Position numbers and translations under genes: made by a program. Positions 1 through 12,700 of a stretch of 64,000 nt of DNA are shown in pieces. This stretch comes from Octopus bimaculoides. Lineage: Eukaryota. The stretch covers positions 78,685,838-78,749,837 of the forward strand of contig NC_068990.1 in NCBI RefSeq assembly GCF_001194135.2. The letters are read 5' to 3'. Positions within the stretch are counted from its first letter, which is position 1; the number at the start of each line of letters is the position of its first letter. The notes below the pieces were generated by a model. It made no database searches, was not told the origin of the DNA, and saw only the letters and a program-made list of their open reading frames with translations.

Positions 1-1090
1 TATGATTAAATATAATTATCAACCCCATTTCTAATGCACTTCACTGTTTCTTCTCTCTCAAAAAGTTTCCCTCCTAACTTAGACATTTCTCACAGAATCT
101 TTTCTCAGGGTTTAACCCATCAATAAAGTTGCAGATATTTGGATGACTGACACTGATTGCCTGATTCAGGGTGCAATGCAAGCATTTACAGTTTGAGTGA
201 GGAGAAGGAGGAGTCCTTGTCAATCATTAGTCAGAAGCACATTGCAAGTAATTAATGGAAATCAAGTTTGCAGGGCGCCACAGCCTTTGGCTGCTCTCTT
301 TACAGGGTCTGAAAGAATTGCTCTTAAAATAGAACACAATAGATTTGGCAACAAAGCTGTCACCTGCTTGGTATGAGAATGAAGATGATGACAACAGCAA
401 CAACAACTACAACAGCAACAAGAAGCTAAGTCTACCTCCAATCCCATTAACAGGTCAGAATACAAAAGCAATGAAACTGCACACTTTGAGACTGAAACTG
501 TTGTCATTTCTTAGATTTCAAACCTTTTGGTACAAGTTTTTAACCCATTTGACCCAAGCAGCATCAAAAATTTGACTTTGGAAATAATTAGAACCCATTA
601 TGGACTGCTTTTTGAAATTGGAATGAAATCCTTTTCAAGTAATCAATTTATATTTGTTTATCATTTGTGTTGAGTATTGTCTGCAAGTAAGGTGAAAATA
701 GTCAAACTAACATTAAAACTGTTAGTTTGACTATGAAGAACTTATAAGCAGAGAAAATAGATTCAAATAGCAGCATGTTTTGTATGTTCCATGTTGTGAC
801 CAGTTCTTGTACTGTTTCATCTGTCAAAGAGATTCATCATTTGTCTGCCAATATTCCTGTTCTCTTCCATTCTTTTGTCCCATTGTCACACTGTAAGAAA
901 CTTTATATCACTGACAATATAAGGGAATTGCCCTGGAATAGAAAACCCAATATTTGTAAAGGAACAAAGACGATGGACTGGATGCAATCAACTTGGCTTC
1001 AGTATTTAAATATTTCTATTAAAAGGCCAATTAAAAATATACATACATTTGGACATACTCTCACACTTACACATGTCTGCATACCTACAT

Positions 1091-1174
1091 TAATCCATAC
1101 ACATTAATCCATACACATTAATCCATACACATTAATCCATACACATTAATCCATACACATTAATCCATACACAT
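1091..1174 (+). repeat. 14-bp tandem repeat TAATCCATACACAT x6
   Basis: Six exact copies read directly. Confidence 0.95.
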
Positions 1175-1419
1175 TAATTTCATAGCTAAATACAACCCTG
1201 TTGTCCATAAGCTCATACAATGTAAATGCTGTCCTCCATATTTTTGCAACTTGACAAGTTACAAAAAGAATCATTTCTTATTTTTCTTTTTTGTCCATTA
1301 ACCAAATTTCTGTCTTAGGATTATTTTCGTATTATGGATATCTTTCAATGTCCAGTTAATCTCATCAGCATCTTCAGACAACATTCAACTAATCAATTCC
1401 TTCATATTCTTATTTCTTT

Positions 1420-1640
1420 ATTGTCCACAAGGGGCTAAACATAGAGGGGACAAACAAGGACAGGCAAAGGGATTAAGTCGATTACATCGACCCCAATGTG
1501 TAACTGGTACTTAATTTATCGACCCCGAAAGGATGAAAGGGAAAGTCGACCTCGACGGAATTTGAACTCAGAACGTAACGGCAGACGAAACCCCGCTAAG
1601 CATTTTGCCCGGCGTGCTAACGTTTCTGCCAGCTCACCGC
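1420..1640 (-). mobile_element. tRNA-derived SINE, family A. Other copies at ~8550-8730(-), 16350-16550(-), 26395-26555(+), 27250-27462(+), 32340-32460(-), 39645-39860(+), 55270-55378(+), 60185-60385(-)
   Basis: A-box TGGCAGAAACGTTAG, B-box GAGTTCAAATTCC and a central GACTTTGCCTTTCATCCTTTCGGGGTCGATAAATTAAGTACCAG domain shared by all copies. From memory the domain resembles the Sauria/MetaSINE core (unverified). Confidence 0.85.
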
Positions 1641-3909
1641 CTTTCCTTCATATTCTATCATATTCCTTCATATTCTGTCAACCTAACCAACAGACTGAGG
1701 TCTTTATTATCAACAGTTGCTGTGACTGATGGTTATCTTAATCTTAACATAATTAATGTTGTGAGCATCAAAACTCTAATTAGAAATAACAATGAAATAA
1801 GGACAAAACAATAATTTACTCAGTGACTAGTTTTGTAATTATGGCAAGAGAAACAACTTGGGGGCATGTTTCAGTTTTATGAGTCCTCTTTAGTAAAGCA
1901 TACACTCCATTGTCTTCGTAGAAATAAGGATTTATCTTTTAAAGAATATGTTAGATATTTATGTCTAAACACAAACAATATAATATAATGAGTTAATAGA
2001 GTCTAACATCGTTATTTTGGTAAATATAAAGAAATTTGTGTTAATTCAGCAGTAACCATATGTAGAGTTATTTCTCATATTAGTTGAAATGATTCAAGAA
2101 ATATGAAAGATTGAGTTAATATTGTCTTTTTCTCACAAAATTATCATTTCTAATTGTATTTTTGATGCTGACTCAATTGATTATTTTAACACTAACTTCA
2201 CTCTTGTTTTTCATTCAGACAGTATCTCTGGTTAATTATAATTAATCTTAGAGATGTCATTTATGAAATATGATTGTAAACATCGTAAACATTTCTGTTA
2301 TCAACCTCTGCAGACACATTGCAACTAATAAGTCAACAACAACTCTCTCTCTCTCGCTTGCTCTCTCCCTCTCTCCCCCCCCCCTCTCTCTCTCTCTCTC
2401 TCATTAATGTTCACTGTTTGTGTTGATTCACTCCACATCTACTAAGTATATGTCTCTAGTTAAGATCTACAGATTGGTTTATTTGGTCAATATTTACAAA
2501 CTCCGGTCCATTGATAGACAGTGATCAATGGAGTCGATAACTTTAGATTGTGATCATTCCACCAACCAATAACTGAAGACTTTGTCTCTTCAGCCAATAT
2601 TTATTGATATTATATTTTGTATTTATGGAGGTACTATTTACAAACAGCCTGAATCTGACAGAAACAAAGAAATAAAATGCTTTTTAGGGCATGAAAACCC
2701 CAGAGTGAAATATTATTTTATGTCAATAGAAATACGTTTATTAAGAAGTAACCCAATATTTGAAAATCATCCAACCAAGTTTTTAGCTCAAGGTTACAAC
2801 TGGGAAGTTTCTAAGCAGGTTTTACTTTCTCAGAGCTGGGATTACATGCAAACACAAACAATGTAAAAAATGTTCTCACACACACACACATACACACACA
2901 CAGCACCCTAATTATGTTTTATTTAATCACTTGGTCAAAGGTTGAAGGGCAATGCCCTTGACCATTTTTCATGGCCTCGAACACAGCTGGTAGGGAGGAA
3001 AGAGGTCATTCTCAAACCAGAAATCTGGCTCAAATACTGTCCACATAACAGACTCCAGTAAATGCAGCCATGTTCCAGGTGAGGGTTTTAAACAGGTGGG
3101 GGTGGGGGATGAATTAAGTTTAACACACACAAACACACACACATTACTGTCAGTGCAACCATGTACACACACTAACTCTAACATGTCGTCTGCACTAACC
3201 GGTATTTATTCACACACACACACACACACACATGCCCACACACTATGCATATATAATACCTCACACAAGATAATAGTATTTCTCTGTTAATGTAAAGTGA
3301 AATGTTGTCTTGTGTAAAGGGACAGCTGGTATTTGATATAAAAAAAAGAGATGTAAAGACAAAAACTGTCCTCTTTTTACACAAACACCAAACACACAAA
3401 GAGATTGTCCCCCCCCCATGCACAAATACGCAAACAAACATATATGCATTCATATACATACTCACAAACACACACACAAATATTTTATCCCTACACTCAT
3501 TTAAGACACACATACACTCATTTAAGACTGAAGAACCCTTAGTGTCTTTGCAAAGATTTCATCCCTTTTTAGCTCAAATGTTACAGTTGGGTGGCATATT
3601 GAGAACCCTGTGCCACTTCTAATGTCACAGCTCTGTGACACATTTGGAAGCTTGTGTCACAGCTGTGTGACATGTTAAAAACTTTGTGTCACCCTTAATG
3701 TCATGTGACTGTGACTTAAGAGGAGACACATTATAAAAAGATGTGAGAAGACACTGAAAGAGATTTAATCTTTAATTTGTACAATTCCACTTGATATAAA
3801 AAGGATATTTTAGGTTTGTGTGGAAAATGAACCCATCGTTTATCTATCTACATCAGTGGTTCTCAACTGGGGTCATCATGACCCTTGGGGTTCATATAAG
3901 ATTTTGTTG

Positions 3910-4760
3910 TTAAGGGTTTGGTGAAATAATTTGGTTATTTTCCCTCCCAAAATGCATGGCAGTACACCTGTCCACAGCCAGCTTAAGTTGCTGGTCCATG
4001 ATCCATTGTTGCATTGTGTCCAGGTCCAATTTCAGGAAAGATCTATAGTGTTCAGGATCTGACCTTTTTATCTCAAGGTACAGCTTGATGTCATCTGCAT
4101 ATTTCAGCACTGTGGCATTCTTTAAGTTGGTATCTATGTTATTAATGTACGCAACAAACAAAAGGGGACCAAGAACAGATCCCTGTGGTACACCAGATGA
4201 TATCTCATAGGGTGAAGAATGCTGTCCTAGAACTGTGACCACCTCTTTTCAGCTGAGAATGGACTCCAACCAGTTTAAAAGATCATCTTTCACACCCATT
4301 GCAGAAAGTTTTGCCATAAGTCTTTTGTGTGGCACAGAATTAAAAGCTTTAGAAAAGTCAAGGTAAACAACATCCACCCATGAACTGCCATCAGTGACTC
4401 GGGTGATGTCTTTAAGAAACTCAATAAGTTGATCACAGCAGCTAAAGTTAGGGATAAATCCAAACTGTGAGGGGCGGATAAGGCTGTGAGAATTCCAGAA
4501 ATTCCAGAACAGTGTTTCTCTGGCACAGGATTCCATTAGTTTGGCAATGCAGCTAATAAGATTGACTGGACGATAGTTGACAAGTGTTGACCGATTTTGA
4601 ACAGAGGAATGACACTCACAGTTTTCCACTGCTCTGGAATATCATCACCGTTATTAAGGCAGAACTGAAAGAAGAGTGAAAGCTGGTGCAGAAGAAAGTA
4701 CCCACCACGTTTGAGAAGCAGGTACGTAACATTATCAAGACCATGGAGGCATAGTTGCAT
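3910..4760 (-). mobile_element. CR1-clade LINE reverse-transcriptase remnant
   Basis: ORFs 4249-4629 and 3910-4242 are the same frame split by one TGA: SQFGF...VDVVYLDFSKAFNSVPHKRL...GVPQGSVLGPLLF..YINNI...KYADDIKL. Truncated and frameshifted. Confidence 0.9.
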
Positions 4761-7637
4761 TTATTCTTAACTAATATTAATTATAATCTAGAATTAGAGG
4801 TCAACTTTCAGATATTTTACATGACATGGGAGATAACTCGCATTAAAATTTTGGTAATTTTTCTGTTATCTCCACGAGAAAATGACATTTTTTTTTTTAA
4901 AGGGAAAGAAAATGGTTTATAAAGACAAATGGTGGCAAGTTATCATTTTATGAATTCATTAAATATTTCATTATTTACTGATAAATAACTTATTTGATGA
5001 AAAGTAAAACAAAAATAAAATAATTTTATCAGAGCTATATCAAAATCCTTTAAGCTATAAAGGAATATAAAAAAACTATTTATGTAAATGAGTTTTCACT
5101 AATTTATTATTATTTGTGGGCAGTTAATTAGTTTGTGTCATGGAGTTTTAAATCTTATCAACAGATAAGATTGTTATTGTTGCTGTTGTTGCTACTTGAC
5201 TGCAACATCTACAATAATGGCTGTGTTCTATTTTCCCTGCTTATTTTCTCAGGTCAGGATTGAAGATCTCTGAGTAACAGAAATACCTTTGAAGAGCCTA
5301 CAGAAAACATTTTCTGACTCCTGCCATTATCCTCTCATCTTAGTACTAACCAACTCCCTCAGGATGCTGTTTTCAACGACACCATTAAATGTGGTTTGGA
5401 TGCAACCAGTTTTCCATCACAGGGTTAGACTGTGGAGTGGCAAAAGACTGAACAGCTCCCCGCCCACTCTTCCCATTCCTAGGCAGCAATCTTTAATCTA
5501 GAATGTAAACTACGATGAGAATTTCTCCAGCAACAACAACAACTGCTGTCATATCCAATCTTTTTTGCTGGATTGGCCGAGGACCTTAACTGGCTGCTCT
5601 GATAGGTTTCTTCTTGATCTTACAACACTAGAAATGTCCATCGTTCTGGGATGCTTACTTAGTTTGATCAGAGTAGCAAGGTTACATGGAGGCTGTAAGG
5701 TGTAGTAGCTCTTTTAAGGAAGCACCTTCCTTGATATTCTTGGGTTAGGAGTTTGCTGTTTTCTTTGCCAGGACCATAAAACTTACCATCCATTCACTGT
5801 GATATAATAACCACATAAAAAAAACATACCAGGATTTTAAAGCTATTGTTTTATTTATTTTATTTTATGGTATCAATAACATAATGGAAGTAGAAGTTAT
5901 GAAGGATGATATATATTGACTATTTCTTTACTGTTTCATTGCCTTTTCTGTTGTGCATCTTTGGTTACCTCTCAGTTTGAACAGCTACTGTCTCTCAATA
6001 TTTACATTCTTTATATCTTGTATTATCCTATGAGCTGTAAATATAATTAAATTTAAAGAAGGGAAATAACAGATAATTTATTGCCAAATTGAAGGTTGTT
6101 GATAATAACAGATAATTTATTGCCAAATGTAAAAAGGCTCTCTTCAAGCTCTGGAATATTTTACAATAAGATTTATAAGGCAGTAATATATAGAGTGACA
6201 AATGAAAAATGAAGAAAGATTTTCAACTACAAATAACATCACTTCCTTCCATTCGTCCTTGAATTGGCAGCTCAGCTGTAACTGTCCCATCTTTGTGCCT
6301 GACATAATGGATTCAGTCTGTTTTACGTTTTGATTAAAATCTTTTTTTATTTTATTAAATCTAGTAGATAGGTTCCCCTATAACACGTATTAGGAGGGCT
6401 GTTCTGTAATACTTGAAAGTTCAACATCATTCTACTTGACATCTCAATATTATTGTAGTTGCCATCGACATTGGTGTCAGAAGCAAGGTCATTGTATTTG
6501 ACATCAACAAAGCCTGTCACTGTGGCTGCTACAAGAACCTACTTGCCTGGCTGACATTCAGTGATATTCGTCCCCCTGTTGGGATGTACCATTGCAGTGT
6601 GCTCTAATGAGCGTTCTCTGATTCAATGTCTCAGTCCTGATGTACCTTATGGCTTGTTTATGTCACTCATGCTATTCCTTCTGTGCATTTACAATTCTTT
6701 TTCTTCTAATGACACTTACTTATGTTCAGATGAAGCCATCTTCATTCCTTTTTCCCTTTCCACATACAGACATCAACCACAGGAAAACTTACCCTACGCC
6801 CATGTTAAACGTGTATTGACGCCAGGAAACATCTTCCAATGAGGGACATTTTCCAATGAGGGACATTTTCCAATGAGGTGATGCTATTACATCTTTCAAC
6901 AATACCAAAAATAATCAGAGTTCGTATCGAGGAAACGATGTTATATTCTCACCATCTGTTATCAGGAATAAATTCACAATTAACCCTAACCTCCTATAAT
7001 TACTACAAATGCAAAGGGATTCACAATTAGTAAGGAACTCTTTGGTGTAGTTAAAAAGATGATGATAATGGCTTCTCTCATTGTAGGAAAATAAGACAAC
7101 CAATGTCTTTTAAAAGTAGTAATGATACATTCCTATGGTGTAAATAGTCCGTGGAAAGGGAATGGCAAGAGTAAGAGTATGTGTGTGTGTGTGTGTGAGA
7201 GAGAGAGAGCCGTTTCACAGACAACAAAGTTAGAGGTAATAAGAAAGATTGAAAATTGTTAATTAAGAAAGAAGGCAAAATATGAACGATGATGACAGGC
7301 AAGATTTTCGATTAGCTAGAATAAGAAAACAGGCCAGAAGAGAAAATATGATTGAAGAGAATAAGGCAAGTTTTTGGTTTGCCAGATTCTGGTATAATGA
7401 CCCTCCTGCGAATAGAACAAACAAAATTACCAAGAGACTAATCAAATGACTTTTGGAGGAAACGATTGGATATTATTACGGAATGGGGAGGTATTAGCGA
7501 TTGACACTGTACCACGAAAATATTTGTGGAGTACCCACGGTCATTTCAAGTTCGACTTAAAATAAAAAATATATAACAAGAAATCTAACTCTGTGCCAGG
7601 TTGAAGTCATTAAGAGTTACGTCCCATTTCACAGCAG

Positions 7638-7648
7638 AAAATGGCGCC
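7638..7648 (+). promoter_or_regulatory. YY1-like AAAATGGCGCC element overlapping the ATG, in a CpG-rich promoter-like patch (~7450-8150)
   Basis: Matches AANATGGCG; CpGs are visibly denser here than in the flanks (qualitative). Confidence 0.4.
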
Positions 7649-7722
7649 AACGTCTCTCCGGCTTTTCAAACTGTTTCCCTCTGTTGGGACCTTTAACCCG
7701 TTTCATGTCCGATACTGCTCAG
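7641..7722 (+). CDS. SUGCT: Probable first coding exon (mitochondrial presequence), most likely of SUGCT
   Basis: ATG in aaaATGGCG context, 82 nt encoding MAPTSLRLFKLFPSVGTFNPFHVRYCS+G, then a phase-1 donor ag|gtatat. No acidic residues, R/S/F/L-rich, with RYCS resembling an MPP cleavage site. Lies in a CpG-rich patch. The link to SUGCT is inferred because exon 2 was not found. Confidence 0.5.
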
Positions 7723-9058
7723 GTATATATACCGGCATTTACTCATCTCTTTTATCAATATAGAAATCAATGTATAGAAAAAAGCCAACTGTCTTGTACC
7801 GTCTCAGATTCATCCATAACACAAGATAAACATCGAAGGTTGTTTTAGGGACAACTTGCCGCCAACCGAGACCTTAAATCGGTTTCGATTCCCCAAAACC
7901 ATTTCCCTTTATTTGTGTCACTTAAATAATTATAAAATGTCATCCTTCTTATATGATAAAATCATTATCCCGTTGGAGCCGATCTACAGAATTTATTGAT
8001 TAGCGTTGTTAATGAAATAAGTAGGAGCACCCCGCCTCCGGCAATTTCTCGTTCCCTGCAAATTCAAAGCGTTGTCCATAAATAGGGATTCGGGTATAAT
8101 ACTCGAATATATAATCTAGATTGCCTTGGAATTTCAGCTTTTAATGAATTCTGTTTCACAAGTATTCTATGAAGGATCCTCTATAAAGTCACTAGACTTG
8201 CTAGAAATAGCAGTCAAATCTCCCTCAAATTACACTCCACCGTTTTGGAAAAGAAATGAAGAATACATTGGATAACAAAGCCTTAGATACACTATTCCTG
8301 AAAACCAGACTAGATGTTTTCTTATGGAATATCTTTAACCATAAGTTTGTTTAATCTCAAACATTAATTACCCTTGAGAAAGACACGTAACATCATCCCT
8401 AACCCAAGACATCCGTGGCCTTGTACCTATTTGCAACGACGTTTTATGTTCTGAGTTCAAATCCTGCCGAAGTCTGGTTTTTATGGTGGGAAAATGAGGG
8501 CTGATAAATAATATATTTGTGAAATGGTTTCCAATTTTGGGACAAGGCCAGCAATTTAGGGGGAGGGGCAAGTCAGTTACATCGCCCCTAGTGTTCAACT
8601 GGTACTTATTTTATTGCCTCCGAAAGGATGACAGGCAATGTCGATTCTGGTGGCATTTGAACTCAGAACATAAAGACGGACGAAATGTTGCGAAGCATTT
8701 TGTCTGGCGCGCTAACGATTCTGCCAGCTTGTCACCTTATAACAGTGAAATATTGGTCAATTGTATCAATTCCTTCCTTTAAATTTTGGGGGATAATGCA
8801 GAATCGCACCCCTCCTGGAAAAATGCATTTGTTTGAAAAATATATTTCGGATTCCTACGTTTTAGATGTTGGAGATTACAAATATACAAAAAAGAAAATT
8901 TTAAAAAAAATTTTTAATCCCCCCCCCCCACATTTTAAAATTTTGAACTTTTTCGAAATTTTTTTAAAACCACCTTTTCCAAATTTAAAATGCCCACCTC
9001 AACCTCCCCTTCCCCCAAATTTTAAATTTTTCAAATTTCACCCCGCCTCTCCGGCAGG

Positions 9059-9782
9059 TGAATTTTTTTCCCCACGAGAGTTCTGGACCCCAGTTATGAA
9101 CTCATTTGTATGCAGCCAATCAGAGCTCAACTACCAAACTAGTATCCACCTAGTCACGAAAATACTCTGGTTGAAAGTTCAGTGGAAAATGTGTGTTATA
9201 GCAAAATCTAATTGTTTTAAACAGGTTTATAAAGGTGACACATGTGAAATTTAGTGTAAAAAGTGAATGGAGAGCTGCTCCCAGATGATGCCATAAGTGT
9301 TGCCAATTTGTGTAATTTACCAGAAAATGTAAATGAGTGTAGTTTCCCAAGTTTTTGACTGATTTTGTACCTTCCTAATTCAAAATGTTGGTGTTGATCT
9401 GGAAACATCGTAATCAATATGGCGTTGTGTCGTATTGCACCCTCCTTGCATATATCAATGGGTACCTGCAGTATCACTANNNNNNNNNNGCATATATCAA
9501 TGGGTACCTGCAGTATCACTAATCTCAGTCTGAGCATTGGTACCTAATGTTAGCTCCATATAGAGATGGTGCTCAATTGATCTATGAAAATGGTGGAGGG
9601 AGGGATGTGGTGCTTATGTGAGACCTGCTATGCTGTACTCACAGAGTGGCATACACCATTCTATGCCTGACTGACTGTACTGTAGTAGTACACAGTATGT
9701 GGATTTTCAAGGTGAACTCTGATTGGCTGTATGCAAATGAGTTCATTACTGGGGTCCGGAACTCTTGTGGGAAAAAAATTTC
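9059..9782. repeat. ~70-bp inverted-repeat pair (9059-9130 / 9711-9782), probably arms of a non-autonomous DNA element
   Basis: About 62 of 70 positions are complementary by manual alignment. Confidence 0.7.
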
Positions 9783-12700
9783 GCCTCTGGTGGACCTGAC
9801 GCACAGTCATCCCCACCCCAAAACAAACATTTCCAATTTTATTTTCAGTGGGTTCCTATGTTTTCGATGACGGAGATTCCGAATATGTAAGAAACCACGT
9901 TTTCAAAATTTTTAATTCAATAAACATATGTACGAGAGAGAGAGAGAGAGAGATTTGTCATATACATCGTAGCTTTCACTCGCATTTCTTTCTGTTTTGA
10001 AAACTTGCCGGTGTCGACTTTGCTCTTTCAACAAATGAGATTGATAAAATAGGTACTGGGAAACGATTTAGCTTTTCGCTCCCTGAAAAATAATGTTTAT
10101 ATAAATAACAAAAGAACCGCTGATAATGGGAGTGGTGGGATTAACTTTCTTCAATTTAAGAAGCCCTTTAAAAAAATTTTTTTTTTAAAGAAACCTGTTT
10201 CAAATCCTGGATATTCTACACTCACGATTAAAGGATATCTTTGTTGTTAATGAGAACGGAATTAAGTGTTGATGGTCTACTTTTTCATTGAATTTGAAAG
10301 TAATAAAAGAACACTAATTGGTTTTATAAAGAAATAGGCAATAATTTTTGAATTCAGGATAACGATGGCTTTTATTTCTGAAGAAAAACTCGAGATTTCT
10401 TAACGTTTGTTCATGTTTTAGAACCAACTGAGTCTATGGCATTATTTTGGCAGAGAGTGAATTCTAGAGGACTGGCGTTCAAAAAAGGCAAGATTGGATC
10501 AAAGTGGTTTGGGCAGAAAGTGACCGAAAGAAATTTTAAACAAACAATTTAAAGATATCACTGGTGGTTATTTTGTTGACTGAGAAAGATAATGTGTTGG
10601 TCGCAGTTTCTAGAATATTACATCATACAATGATGATGATGATGATGATGATGATAAGGTCATATCTAGAAATGTTGATAGGCCACGTTCTCTGAAATAA
10701 TGATGTATTTATTAAGTGGATAACTATTACCTTTTTGTCTTTCGTTCATTTGTTATTGCCTCATTAAACAAGCCAAAGCGGGTTCCTATGGCATTTAACT
10801 CGAGAACAGAAGATCACTGGAATAAAGACAGCAAAGTGGATATTTAGTGCTGCTAATTCCTGTTTTACAACCCATCTCAATTGACCAAAAATATGCTTAA
10901 TCTGAATCCTGCGCACAAATGAATTTTTAATTGAGATGTTAACGACAGAGTCTAAAACAAAATACATGACTGAAGACCATTCTTAGTAAAAAAATTCACA
11001 AGGGTCACTTTTACTCTTCGTCTCCCTAAATGATATAGAATAATTAACAAATGGATTGGAGTTAATTTAATCGACCATACCTATACATTATGACAGTTGA
11101 TAAAAGATGATGATGTAGTTTTTGTAGTGATTGGTGGAGTCGGGGCAGATAGAGGCGAATAGATGTTATAACTTTTATTTTATCAACACCAATAGAATTT
11201 GGTCACAGAGTCCCGAAGATATTAAAGAGATTCAGTTTTTAAAATTCTGTTTTATATATAAAACCGAGATTTACAAACAAACAAAGAATGTCATAGAACC
11301 CCAAACCTGCCTTATTCATTATAATCAACATGTTGCAGTGCTACTTCATTCTTAATTACAAGAAGGATTTTTAAAAAGGTTTATTCAGATTTGTTGATTT
11401 ATTGGACTCTATTTACCGTTACCTATTTTATATGACAGCTGCTAAGTTTGTAACTTCGAAAGTTAACATGACGAACTACTTAACGGTTTGTTTAATCGTT
11501 TGATCCAGATTATTGTCTTTTTGAATACGACAACATTAATAAAGGATAAACTAGTCATTTAGAATATAGTCTGAACAAGTTAAGGGGACAACGTGCACAG
11601 CTCGAAGTCAAAATACAAGGGAAGTAACTATAGATGGTAGCATTTATTTTAAGAATTCATTTGGTCAAGTTCCACAAACCATTTCTATAATGACTTTTTT
11701 TTTTAAAAATAAGCACTTGAGACTTAAACAAAAGGAATTTTGTAGCATTAAACAAATTTTAAAAAAAAAACCCAACCAAACAAACCAAAAAACTTTCTAT
11801 ATTTGAGGTTTTAGGGTACCAGATAACCAAGTAAATGATGTGAAGTTGTATATCATCTCCATAGCTATGTTTTACCCATGTCAAGACTCCTTCAATTTTC
11901 GGCTGCCATATTGTATAACTCGAAAGAAGTTAGCTACTTATTAGGGTGCTTGAAGTTTAATGAAGACAAAAACCGAACGGACTCTTTGACCGATCCAATA
12001 TTTTCTCACCTGCCTCCTCCTCCCATTGTACCTTCCTCTCCTTCCACGCTCTTTATAGTGCAGTAGCGACTGGAATGTTCTGTTTCTCTCGTTTTATCCT
12101 ATATCCTATCAATGGTTTACTCCTACTTTTTTGTGACTGTTTTCTAAAATCAATCTACCTTTTCAAAATGATAGATCTATACATATAATCTAGGCCAGAT
12201 ACCGTCCGTGTAATGTATCAGGTCTTATACAGTAGCATCAGATATAATAGAAAGTGTGGTGAGAATCGCGAAACCTCCATCAACAAACTACGTCGGATAT
12301 ATTTATCAACCTATACAATATATTTATCAATTATTATTATATTGTTAGCGATTGGAAGAGAATCACGTAAAGCTTTAAACTTATTTAACGTTCTTATGGA
12401 TTCCTCTTTAACGAATTTGTATTATACAGTTCAGGGAAATTATCTCCCCTAGACCATTATCAACAAGGGAGATAACTATTGCCATCATGATTTGAATGTG
12501 TCAAGGGAACCAGAATTATGTGTGTGTGTGTGTTTGTCTATACTTTTATTACCGTCAGTGCTTGTGCTGCGACCATGCTGGAGCATCCGTATACGATTTG
12601 TTGTGTTTCTACAGAACTGAACTTTTAGTGTATGCATGAATTTGATGTTAGTGTCCTTAGTTGCATTTCCCAATGTGTGTCCGTAGTTTCAAAGGATGAG

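Noticed and set aside
1091-1174. Regularly spaced short repeats (also 6831-6875, 17225-17297, 29590-29640) as possible CRISPR arrays
   Set aside because: Head-to-tail tandem units without unique spacers, in a eukaryotic context with no cas genes.
5780-7000. Cluster of minus-strand donor-like sites (~5787, 6718, 6790, 6951) suggesting a divergent gene
   Set aside because: I could not assemble a coherent reading frame; such sites are frequent by chance in AT-rich DNA.
8870-9050. Homopolymer-rich stretch within ORF 8685-9254 (similar near 41440-41570 and 57400-57530)
   Set aside because: Resembles low-quality read-end sequence near gaps; the ORF has no recognisable motifs.
9448-9521. Exact 32-bp direct repeat flanking a 10-N gap
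   Set aside because: Typical unmerged contig overlap, not biology.
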